Below, piece by piece: positions 27,024-39,909 of a stretch of DNA of 64,000 nucleotides. Under the pieces are notes generated by a model that saw only the letters and a program-made list of their open reading frames with translations, ran no database searches and was not told the DNA's origin. This DNA is from Octopus vulgaris (Eukaryota). Location: assembly GCA_951406725.2 (NCBI GenBank), contig OX597822.1, forward strand, positions 33,232,001 to 33,296,000, written 5' to 3'. The translations under genes were made by a program, and so were the position numbers. Positions within the stretch are counted from its first letter, which is position 1; each line of letters starts with the position of its first letter.

Positions 27024-27777
27024 AACATGCTTTCTATGTTATGTCCCAAAAAGTTTTTTACTTCATTATACCTTTTATTATTTCATATTTTTTTTCATAT
27101 TTTTTATATATATTCTTTTATATATTTTTTTCATATTTTCACACATAATAATTTTTTCTGTACTTTTCTATCCTGCATTTTTTCCTGTGCCTATATAGAC
27201 GTGTATATAAATTCATTTGTACACGTGTGTGAATATGTATGAGTGGGCAGTTTTAGATGTGTGCGTGTGTGCGGGCATAAGAATGCACATATATATATAT
27301 AGACGTTTTTACTTAGTATTTTAAAAAAAAAAAATTGGGGGGGGGGGCAATATGTATATTCAATTTTTGTATATGCTTGTGTATGTATGCGTATATAAAT
27401 ATGTTTGGGTATGTACATATATGGGCCTGTGTGTGTATGAGTGCATAGGGGCTTATCCGTATATGTGCGTGGTTTTTATGCTTTGTATACTTCCTTATGT
27501 TTTTTTTCTGTTATCTTTAACCATGGTTTTTCTTGTGTTTGTGCGTATATAGACGTATGTATGAACTTTTACCGTACGCATGTGTGTGTGTATGAGGTTG
27601 TATATATATGCGTATATATTTGGCGAAAAATGTGAGTGAAGATGTGTATGTTTTCATAGTGACGTATAAGTACGCACGTGGGTTCGCGAGCAGAATTATA
27701 ATACAGTAATTTCCCTTTATATAACGGTATTTTTTCATAGCGTTATTCAGATGGCCAGATAACCGAAGAGATGGTGT

Positions 27778-27835
<58 letters not shown>

Positions 27836-27841
27836 TATATG

Positions 27842-27948
<107 letters not shown>

Positions 27949-28013
27949 TGCATGTATGTATGTATCTATGTACGTATGTATGTATGTATGTATGTATAGC
28001 GTCATTATATATA

Positions 28014-28241
28014 CAGCGTGCATTTAAACACATAAGAGATGGTGATAATCGGATATCAAAACCGCTAGGAGTAGTTAAAATCCAAACCACAATTATTGCT
28101 ATGGTCCAGGAAATAAATGGTAAATGTTTTTATTTTTCATTCCCTTTCGGAATTACCCCTAATTGTGGTTTGGATTTTTACTACTCCTCCAAGCGGTTTA
28201 ACTGTCCGATGATGGCCATCTCTTATGTGTTCAAATGTACA

Positions 28242-28244
<3 letters not shown>
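28014..28244. mobile_element. MITE with long TIRs, TA-flanked (Tc1/mariner-type)
   Basis: CAGCGTGCATTTAAACACATAAGAGATGG...AATCCAAACCACAATTA versus TAATTGTGGTTTGGATT...CCATCTCTTATGTGTTCAAATGTACACTG. Confidence 0.8.
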
Positions 28245-28278
<34 letters not shown>

Positions 28279-28293
28279 AGTATGTATGTATGT

Positions 28294-28367
<74 letters not shown>

Positions 28368-28874
28368 GGATACATACATACATACATACATACATACATA
28401 CATACATACGTACATTTTTTGCTGTTATTGTTAACGTCTATATTGTTTCTGGTGTATCTCTGTATTTTCATGAGGAACATTCGAATTAGTGACAACAAAC
28501 TCAAGTACCCGTTAAAAATAGACCCAATCATTGCATTAGCAGTTCTAACATAGCAATTAAAAGTCTACTCAGCATGTTAGGATAGTGTCCGCTTAGATTT
28601 CCAGAGTAACACAAGAGGATGTGTAAGTTTGTAATATCAGCACACACAGTTTTCTTTTCCTCTCTTATTATCTCTTTTTATTCCCCCCTCCCTCTCCCTC
28701 TCCCTCTTTATCTTTTACTCTCTCTCTCTCTCCTTCCCCCCTTTCGGTCCTTATCTCACTTCTGTTTCCTCCCCTCTCTCTCTTTCTTTCTAAGTAACGC
28801 AGATATCTTTTCCGTGGGAGAATATTCCCTAGATGTCATTACTTAGTTGGATACAGTGGGTAGCAGGTGCACGT

Positions 28875-28911
<37 letters not shown>

Positions 28912-28913
<2 letters not shown>

Positions 28914-29949
28914 TACTCTTCATAATTTATGTAAACGACCTTTCCAGTGTCGTACATCACTGCAAAGTGAAAATATTCGCTGATGACACTAAGCTCCAGC
29001 AAATCGTCAATGAAGAAGCAGACCGAACTCAACTCCAGTCTGACCTATATGCTGTGAGTCAATGGGCAGACAGAAACAAAATGCAACTGAATGAGGGAAA
29101 ATTTGAGCTGATGCATTTTGGAAGAAATTCCTCACTAAAACAACCATACTCTCTTCCTTCAGGGGAACCGCTCACAGCCTCTAACAATATCAGAGACCTG
29201 GGTGTAATTGTTGATGACGATCTCAGTTGGAGTGCACACATCAACAAGAAGGTCGATACAGCTCGTAGGATGAGTTCCTGGATCTTAAGAACTTTCCGGT
29301 CCAGAGAACAAGGTGTCATCATACCACTTTTTTCATCCTTTGTACGGCCACACCTTGAATACTGCTGCCCACTGTGGTCTCCTCACACAAGACAAAACAT
29401 CTCCAGAATTGAGTCACCCCAGAGGGCTCTCACTAAACAAATTGAAGGCATGGCTGCTCTCGACTATTGGGATCGCCTTAAAGCCTTGAAACTTTACTCC
29501 CTCCAGCGTCGCCGTGAGCGGTACATCATTTGTACGATGTGGAAAATATACCGCCAACTTTGCCCAAACGACCTAAACATTAGCTTCAAGGTTCATCCGA
29601 GACTTGGACCACGGGCTATACGTCCCCTGCCAAATTCAAGATCACAACATACATGTACACTGCAACATAATTTCTTTTCCTCAACAGGCCCTGCCCTATT
29701 TAACATTGTCCCGAGGGAGATCAAAGAGGAAAAGGATCCCATCAACTTCAAACAGAGTCTGGATGGATTCCTTCAAAGAATACCAGACAAGCCACCCATA
29801 ATTGGATACAACTCACCCAACAAGAACTCACTACTTGAACAAAACTTGACTTAAACAGGATTCGAATAATCCTATCAGGTGGTGCTATTAAGTTAGACAT
29901 GGCCTGGACCAATCTCTGGTCGAAACATATCTAAGTTTTATCTAAGTTT
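28912..29949 (+). mobile_element. 5'-truncated CR1-group LINE (RT C-terminal half, open to stop at 29854)
   Basis: LLFIIYVND..IFADDTKL, RDLGV, VRPHLEYC..WSP, SLQRRR; 3' UTR ending in (TCTAAGTTTTA)2. Confidence 0.93.
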
Positions 29950-29979
29950 TATATATATATATATATATACATACGTACA

Positions 29980-30420
29980 TATATATAATAACAATTTAAT
30001 AAATAAAACATATGCATACATACATATATGTACATACCTACATCTATGTGTATATATACTTGCATATATGAGTACAGGACACCACAAATAAACGTAGAAC
30101 ACAACGAGAAACGAAAACATAAAATTAAACAAGGAAACCGACCTTTTTTTAACAATAAAAAAACAGAGTACAAGACAAACAATCCAAGGAATATTCCCCT
30201 TCACCAGCTGCCCCTGGTTCGACTCAATGCGTGTTACGAAGGTAAGGGCAGAACACGATCCGGTCGAAGCAATCCTTTCTGCAAAATGAATTAAATAGAC
30301 TTATTTTGCAGAGGGGTAAAAAAAGTGACAAGAACAGGACGTAAAAGCAATACAAATGAAGAAAAAAACGGTAGACATAATGAATAAAAACAGGACAAGG
30401 AAACCAACAATAAGGGCTTT
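29980..30420. repeat. Dispersed repeat family (PLE-terminus-like); related copies at about 23200-23480, 45832-46390 and 46691-46900
   Basis: Shared TACAGGACA...GAGAAACGAAAACATAAAA...GGAATATTCCCCTTC. Confidence 0.65.
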
Positions 30421-30602
30421 TTTTTAAGCCTAGACGGTGGAAAAATTAGTTGGAACGCATTCTGAAGATCGACTTGCGGAAGACAGAAGAAAGTACCAGG
30501 CTTTACAAAATGTGCTGGGTTCCATTTATTCAACTGCATGGCCATCGTCTAATGACTGAAACGAGTAAAAGATAAAAGAAGAAAGATACACATACGTACT
30601 GT

Positions 30603-30905
30603 CATTAAAATATATATGAGCATGTCAAGGTATGTAACGATATGCATGAGAATACATACATAAAACATACAAATCTGTACATATATACACACACACATAC
30701 ATACATACATACATACATACATACATACATACATACATACATACATACATACTTACATACATACATGCATACATATATACATACATACATACATACAAAC
30801 AAACAAAAATACCCTGTTGATGTTGAAATTCCAATGAAGGAAGCTTGGATCTAGGTGAGAAACCGGTTCTTTCTCCATTGGCAAGAAATCTTGAAATAAA
30901 CTGAA
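30603..30905 (+). mobile_element. 3' UTR of an R4/Dong-like RLE LINE with internal (TACA)n
   Basis: Homologous, in opposite orientation, to 33731-34955. Confidence 0.75.
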
Positions 30906-31049
30906 TGACATACATACAACACACTTACATATGTACATACAAACATGCATACATACATACATACATACATACATACATACATACATACATACATACATAC
31001 ATACATACAGACATACATACATTCAACACACACACACACACATACATAT

Positions 31050-31875
31050 CTAAGGAAATCAGACTCTATACCCAAAACCTGTGTATCAACGGTTTCTCTA
31101 TCTCCCCCATTCCACAAGGAATGTTACAACTACCTAGGCATTGACGAAAATGTATTATATAAAGGCACTGTGAATAAAGATATGGTGACCCGAGAATATT
31201 ACACCAAACTTAAGAAAATATGGTGGTCGGAACTCTCCTCTTAAGACAAAACAATATCCCACAATGCATTTACAGTAGCAGTACTGATCCCAACATTTGG
31301 GATACTTGATTGGACTATAGAGGAAATCCTGACAACAACTGGGACCTTCCACAGAAACAGTGATGTTGACAGGCTCTACCTAAGAAGAAATGAAGGTAAT
31401 AGAGGCCTGAAATCAGTGCAGACTGCCCTCGAATGCCATATGATATCACTCAGGCAGCACCTGCTAAACAGCAGCAGCAAAAATAGATATATAAATGCAG
31501 TCCTGAAAGTGAAGTGAGCAATATTGTACGAGTTGGCAGTGAACTCCTCAAGAAACACTCTCTTCTTGACGATCTCCTATACAGCCCCAAAACAGCTGGG
31601 TTCTCTTACCTCAGAGAAGACCTGGGTGGAAAGTACTCAGCTTACAAAAAAAAACGTGCATAGGTATGTTTCCCCGAAGCTTGAAGAATATAGTAGAATT
31701 GACACGAAGTGCAGCTTCTTTTGGACACAAGACCACTACATCACATTAAACTTTGAAGGCTATACGCTTGCAATCCAGGAACAGGAGATTGCCACAAAGT
31801 AGCTGGTGAACAAGAGAGACAGTGACGCTCTTGTAATCCCAAGGTGCAACTGCATGTGTAGGCTATATCATGTAT
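31050..31875 (+). pseudogene. Degenerate R4/Dong-like LINE RT thumb region
   Basis: YNYLGIDE, EYY.KLKKIW.SELS..K.ISHNAF, TFGILDWT, DVDRLYL.R.EG.RGL, LAIQEQEIATK, C.CRL. Confidence 0.8.
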
Positions 31876-31901
31876 CTGTGATACATGATATATATATATA
31901 T

Positions 31902-31985
<84 letters not shown>

Positions 31986-31996
31986 ATATGATATAT

Positions 31997-32567
31997 AGGC
32001 GCAGGAATGGCTGTGTGGTAAGTAGCTTGCTAGAGAAGCGGTAGTCGGCGGGCGCTTTCGTCTTCTCCCATCACCATCTTCATTCCATGACCATCATTCA
32101 TTAATGTCTATGTCCAGCCCGCAGCTACTATCTGTGTAATGCCCTTGTGGCAAATTAAATGAAATAAAGTAGCTTGCTAACAAACCACATGGTTCCGGGT
32201 TCAGTCCCACTGCGTACCATCTTGGGAAAGTGTCTTCTGCTATAGCCCCGGGCCGGCCAATGCCTTGTGAGGGGATTTGGTAGAGGGAACTGAAAGAAGC
32301 CTGTCGTATATATGTATATATATATATATATATGTATATGTATGTTTGTGTATGTGTTTGTGTGTCTGTGTTTGCACCCCTAGCATTGCTTGACAACCGA
32401 TGCTGGTGTGTTTACGTCCCCGTCACTTAGCGGTTCGGCAAAAGAGACCGATAGAATAAGTACTGGGCGTACAAAGAATAAGTCCCGGGGTCGATTTGCT
32501 CGACTAAAGGCGGTGCTCCAGCATGGCCGCAGTCAAATAACTGAAACGTGTAAAAGAGTAAAAGAGT
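31997..32567 (+). mobile_element. SINE family A carrying a 134-bp nested insertion
   Basis: Full head to tail; insert 32033-32166 lies between AAGTAGCTTGCTA duplications. Confidence 0.9.
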
Positions 32568-32616
32568 ATATATCATATATATAAATATATATGATATACA
32601 TATATACATTTATATA

Positions 32617-32781
32617 CGACGAGCTTCTTTCAGTTTCCGTCTTCCAAATCTACTCAGAAGGCTTTGGTCGGCCCGAGGCTATAGTAGAAGACGCTTACAC
32701 AAGGTGCCACGCAGTGGGACTGAACCCGGAACCATGTGGTTAGTAAGGAAGCTACTTACAAACACAGCCACTCCTACGCCT
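32617..32781 (-). mobile_element. SINE family A, 5' half
   Basis: Head AGGCGTAGGAGTGGCTGTG on the minus strand. Confidence 0.85.
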
Positions 32782-32889
32782 ATGAGATGAAAGCCACCGC
32801 ACGCCTCGACCCGCGGGGCGTGGCGGCTGCCGAACGCCGTTTTTCGGTCTGACGCCCGGGTGCGACCTGCGACAGCGGCTTCGGTTGCA

Positions 32890-33250
32890 TGTATTAGCAT
32901 CTCCTGGACTTTTTTTTATCGTACATTTACATCTACTGGACAATTCACATCTACAAAAGTGCATGTTTTTTTTTCTTTTTCCCTGTCCCACAGAACAATA
33001 TCAAGTCAACTATGTTTGCACCGAATTGATGCTTTTGTTGATGCGTTTCACCATATTGATTTTAAATATGTAAATATGGTATTTATCTCTCCCTGGAGGG
33101 AGTACATTTTTATTGATCTTACCTTAATGGAACAGTAAACAACATATATGGTTCTGACATGCCATTGATGTATACGTCGGGGAAGTCCTTCCTGCAGATA
33201 GCATTGTAAATAACCTTTGCATCTATATCATGTCTCGGAGGCAGGTAACA
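32890..33250 (-). pseudogene. Degenerate restriction-like endonuclease domain of an R4/Dong-like LINE
   Basis: Manual translation with frameshifts gives RHD..AKVIYNAI, W.NA..K..IRCKH, DIVLWDRE and CTFVDV.CPVDVNV. Confidence 0.65.
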
Positions 33251-33295
33251 TGTATGTATGTATGTATGTATGCATGTATGTATGTATGTATGTAT

Positions 33296-33713
33296 ACTCT
33301 TTTTACTCTTTTACTTGTTTCAGTCACCCAACTGCGACCATGCTGGAGCACCGCCTCCATTCGAGCAAATCGACCCCAGGACCCTCTCCTTCGAAGCCCA
33401 GTACTTATTCTATCGGTCTCTTTTGCCGAACCGCTAAGTTACGGGGACGTAAACACACCAGCATCGATTGTCAAGTGATATCGGGGTACAAACAAAGACA
33501 CAAACATATACACGCACATACATGTATACGACGGGCTTCTTTCAGTTTCCGTCTTCCAAATCCACTCAGAAGGTTTGGTCGGCCCGAGGCTATAGTATAA
33601 AAAAAACACTTGCCCAAAGTGCCACGCAGTGGGAATGAACTCGGAACCAAGCTACTTACAGTGGGAATGAACTCGGCAAACAAGCTACTTACCACACAGC
33701 CACTCCTGCACCT
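33296..33713 (-). mobile_element. SINE family A, full length with a small internal duplication
   Basis: Homology to other family A copies. Confidence 0.9.
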
Positions 33714-33730
33714 ATGTATGTATGTGATTG

Positions 33731-35222
33731 TTCAGTTTTATTTCAAGATTTCTTGCCAATAGAGAAAGAGCCGCATTCTAACCAAGATCCAAAGTCCTTC
33801 ATTGGAATTTCAACACCAACAACAGGGTATTTTTGCTTGTATGTATGTATGCATGTATGTATGTATGTATGTATGTGTGTATGTATGTGTGTATGTATGT
33901 ATGTATGTATGCATGTGTGTATGTATGTATGTATGTATGTATGTATGTATGTATGCATGTGTGTATGTATGCATGTGTGTATGCATGTATGTATGTATGC
34001 ATGTGTGTATGTATGTATGTATGTATGTATGTGTGTATGTATGCATGTGTGTATGCATGTATGTATGTATGCATCTGTGTATGTATGTATGTATGTATGT
34101 ATGTATGTATGTATGTATGTATGTATGTGTGTGTGTTTGTATGTATGTATGTATGTATGTATGTATGTATGTATGTGTGTGTGTATGTATGCATGTGTGT
34201 ATGCATGTATGTATGTATGCATGTGTGTATGTATGTATGTATGTATGTATGTATGTATGTATGTATGTATGTATGTATGTATGTATGTATGTATGTATGT
34301 ATGTATGTATGTATGTATGCATGTGTGTGTATGTATGTATGTATGTATGTATGTATGCATGTGTGTATGTGTGTATGTGTGTATGTATGTATGTATGTAT
34401 GCATGTGTGTATGTATGTATGTATGTATGTATGTATGTATGTATGTATGTATGTATGTATGTATGTATGCATGTGTGTGTATGTATGTATATATGCATGT
34501 ATGTATGTATGTATGTATGTATGTATGTATGTATGCATGTGTGTATGTATGTATGTATGTATGCATGTATGTATGTATGTATGTATGTATGTACGTATGT
34601 ATGTATGCATGTGTGTGTATGTATGTATATATGCATGTATGTATGTATGTATATATGCATGTATGTATGTATGTATGTATGTATGTATGTATGCATGTGT
34701 GTATGTATGTATGTATGTATGTATGTATGTATGTATGTATGTATGTATGTATGTACGTATGTATGTATGCATGTGTGTGTATGTATGTATGTATGTATGT
34801 ATGTATGTATGTATGTATGTATGTATGTATGTATGTATGTATGTATGTATGTGTGTATGTGCGTATGAGTATATGTGCAGATTTGTATGTCTTGCTTTAT
34901 GTTTGTATTCTCATGCATCGAGTTGCATATCTAGACATGCTCATATATATTTAAATGATAAACGCCTGGAAAGTTTTACAGATTGTTACAGTTCCAGAAA
35001 ACGATTAGATCTGTAGTCATTGAATTAGTCTGTAGTCATTGAATTAGCTTTCTCCTTTCGGGTTTTGAGAACCCTAATGTCTCAAGATTGGTATTTAGGC
35101 AGTCTGTTACATATCCCTGGGACCCAATAATTACAGATATAGACCTGAGCTTGTAGTCTGGATAGAGTAACTGAGGATTTCTCAAAAGTTCAGCGTAGGT
35201 GTTCTCTTTTTCCCTAATCTTC
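33731..35222 (-). mobile_element. 3' end of an R4/Dong-like RLE LINE with a ~1-kb expanded internal (TACA)n
   Basis: KIREKENTYAELLRN...IIGSQG is the end of an RLE domain, followed by a 3' UTR matching 30603-30905. Confidence 0.8.
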
Positions 35223-35691
35223 ATATGTATGTATGTATGTATTAATATTAGCGATGGAATAAGTATTAGTGTAGAATAGCAATGTGTTATCTTACTCATC
35301 GTAGATATACTGTACGGATGCCACAACACTGCGGTATTCGACTTGAGAAAGCATCTCGTATAGAGCTATATGCTAAAAAAATAACCCACAGAATTTCAAT
35401 ACCAGAAGAAAATCCGTCAAGCTGCCTCGATGGAAATGCTGAATCAGTGGTTCCTGTGCATTATAGGTAAAAAGCATCCACTATCAACATCATGTTTATA
35501 CAATTTTCGTCCCTGCAGAGATTAACAAATCACTGTTGCCACAAGCAACACCTAACAGGACTTTATTTTTCTATATCAGTAGACAAGAAACGTTTCTCAG
35601 TACTCGGTTTTATGAAACACAACAGCTGAATTACCTAAGAGCCAAAGGCGAAATACAATATATTTTGTCGAGCAAGCGATTATATATTAAA

Positions 35692-37145
<1,454 letters not shown>

Positions 37146-37350
37146 AAAGCGAGTTTGCAGAATCTTAAGAACTGAGGTTTAAATAGTTGGCGTCATTTCC
37201 TCTATCTTTACGTCCCGAGGTCAACTATCGCTGATGTCGAATTTGCCCCTCATTCTTTCGGGGTCGTTAAATAATGCTGGGCCCCTAAAATTCGATGTAA
37301 TCGACTAGAGCCCACGTCCCAGATTTCAGATTTGTGCCTATAGTAGAACG

Positions 37351-37406
<56 letters not shown>

Positions 37407-37876
37407 GTATATGGTTCCGTTTTCAGCAGAGAAAGACGTGATTGCCTTTGCTCTGTGAAAAAGTCTGGATAGAACGGCGAAATAACCCACTGTAGTTGCA
37501 AAACGTAAAACTCTAAGTCATAGAGATCACTACAACACTTTGGTTAAAAATATTTTTAAAAATATATATATAAATATATACATATACACAGTAATTTTCA
37601 TTTTCGCCGAAACGCACATGGTGCAAAAATAACTGAATCAAGTTATCTCCTGCAAGAAAGAAAAAAGAAGCATCTCTCCTGAAAAAAAAAATCCCGTAAA
37701 CCAAAAAAAAAAATAATCCAGACCACATTGTTGGATTAAGTATCAATTTCATCTATTTCATATTTTATTTATTATTCTATTTTATCTTTCACTTAGGCCC
37801 ACATCTTAGTTAAAGTTGCGATCGTCATTTGGTTTGTTTACATTTTCAATAACTGTTCTCGATATAATAATTTTCC

Positions 37877-39062
37877 AGATACTCTATCTTCTAATTAGCC
37901 TTAAGATTAAATTAAATAACGTTTAATATTGATACCGTCAAATTAGCCTTAGGATTAAATTAAATAACGTTTAATATTGTTTAATATTGTTAATAATTAT
38001 TGTTAATTAGCCTTAAGATTAAATTAAATAACGTTTAATATTGTTTTAATATTGTTAATAATTTTTCAGATACTCTATCTTCTAATTAGCCTTAAGATTA
38101 AATTAAATAACGTTTAATATTAATAACGTCTAATTAGCCTTAGGATTAAATTAAATAACGTTTAATATTGTTAATAATTATTGTTAATTAGCCTTAGGAT
38201 TAAATTAAATAACGTTTAATATTGTTTAATATTGTTAATAATTACTGTTAATTAGCCTTAAGATTAAATTAAATAACGTTTAATATTGTTTAATATTGTT
38301 AATAATTATTGTTAATTAGCCTTAGGATTAAATTAAATAACGTTTAATATTGTTTAATATTGTTAATAATTATTGTTAATTAGCCTTAAGATTAAATTAA
38401 ATAACGTTTAATATTGTTTTAATATTGTTAATAATTCTTCAGATACTCTATCTTCTAATTAGCCTTAAGATTAAATTAAATAACGTTTAATATTACCCAC
38501 ACTCTAATATAATATTAACATTGCTAATATATTTTCAGATACTCTATCTCCTGATTAGCCTTAAGATTAAATAACGTTTTTATCCACACTCTAATATAAT
38601 ATTAATATTGCTAATATATTTTCAGATACTCTATCTTCTAATTAGCCTTAAGATTAAATTAAATAACGTTTAATATTAATAACGTCTAATTAGCCTTAAG
38701 ATTAAATTAAATAACGGTTAATATTGCTTAATATTGTATATATAATTTTTCAGATACTCTGTCTTCTAATTAGCCTTAAGGTTAAATTAAATAACGTTTA
38801 ATATTACCCACACTCTAATATAATATTAATATTGCTAATATATTTTCAGATACTCTATCTCCAAATTAGCCTTAAGATTAAATAACGTTTTTTTTTACCC
38901 ACACTCTAATATAATATTAATATTGCTAATATATTTTCAGATACTCTATCTCCTAATTAGCCTTTAGATTAAATAACGTTTTTACCCTAATAACGTTTTT
39001 ACACAAACTTTAATACTGTTAATATTTCTTTTTCAAGTACTCTATCTTCTAATTAGCCTTAA
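37877..39062 (+). repeat. AT-rich tandem array, about 17 copies of the core AATTAGCCTTAAGATTAAATTAAATAACGTTT with a few recurring linker types
   Basis: Directly visible; ends about 60 bp upstream of the LINE ORF1 ATG. Confidence 0.92.
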
Positions 39063-39123
39063 TATCTTCCTGTCTTCTCTCGAACATAATTAGATAGATA
39101 AACGGATAGACGGATTATCCAGA

Positions 39124-39909
39124 ATGTCCAGAGCATGGAGACGTGACGAGCTGGATTTATTCGTACGAGCATGGGAGTGCGCCGGCGGAGATAGCCCTAG
39201 CGAGGTGATTGCGGCTGCGCTGAAGAGCAGAGGCTACAAGAGGACAGCGGCTCAGATGGAGCGAAAGAGACAGGAATTCGTGCGCTCATATGCGCTTGTA
39301 CGGTCGCACATTGGCGCACTTGATGCCATCTTTGAGAACGAGCGGGGCAAAGATGGCAAGAATGGAGACGATGAAAGAAGTCACCCCCACCTGGTGGACG
39401 CCCAGGAGGAGGTTTTGAATGAGAAACCTGCCCGGGAAGTGAACCCAGGTGCAAGTTCTCCAACCGGCAGCAAGGGCCATGGAGACGGAGAACCCGGTGA
39501 AGAGGTAGAGGGAGGAAGGAGAACTAAAAGAAGGACTGGAAGAGCTAAAGGAAAAGAAAAAGGTCAAGCAGGACCAAAGAGAGAAACAACCAGGAGTAGA
39601 AGTGGAACCGCAAAGGATGGAACCAAACAGCGCACACGGGTGTGTATGTTCTACCTGAGAGGTTCCTGCTGGCACGGAAAGGAAGGTGCAGGCTGCCGCT
39701 TTGCACATCGGGGACCCTGCCACAGAGACACGAGGCAGATGGACAAACCATCAACACAAAGAAAAGGGATGGACTACGCACCACCTGCCCCAAAGCGGAG
39801 GTACGCAGATGTTGTGCGCGCCACAAACAGCCAACATGATGTTGTCGAAAGAGCAGCTGCTGAGCAACAATCTTTTTGTGCATGGCACAAAAGATTGTAC
39901 AGCAGCTGA
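39124..39909 (+). CDS. LINE ORF1 protein: N-terminal Myb/SANT-like (trihelix-like) region, basic linker and CCCH zinc finger
   Basis: WRRDELDLFVRAW...LKSRGYKRTAAQMERK; CMFYLRGSCWHGKEGAGCRFAH (C-x7-C-x8-C-x3-H); the true C-terminus may be frameshifted. Confidence 0.85.
   Translation: MSRAWRRDELDLFVRAWECAGGDSPSEVIAAALKSRGYKRTAAQMERKRQEFVRSYALVRSHIGALDAIFENERGKDGKNGDDERSHPHLVDAQEEVLNEKPAREVNPGASSPTGSKGHGDGEPGEEVEGGRRTKRRTGRAKGKEKGQAGPKRETTRSRSGTAKDGTKQRTRVCMFYLRGSCWHGKEGAGCRFAHRGPCHRDTRQMDKPSTQRKGMDYAPPAPKRRYADVVRATNSQHDVVERAAAEQQSFCAWHKRLYSS

Noticed and set aside
37877-39062. CRISPR-like repeat-spacer array next to an RT
   Set aside because: Linkers are reused and variable in length rather than unique spacers, there are no cas genes, and the context is a eukaryotic LINE
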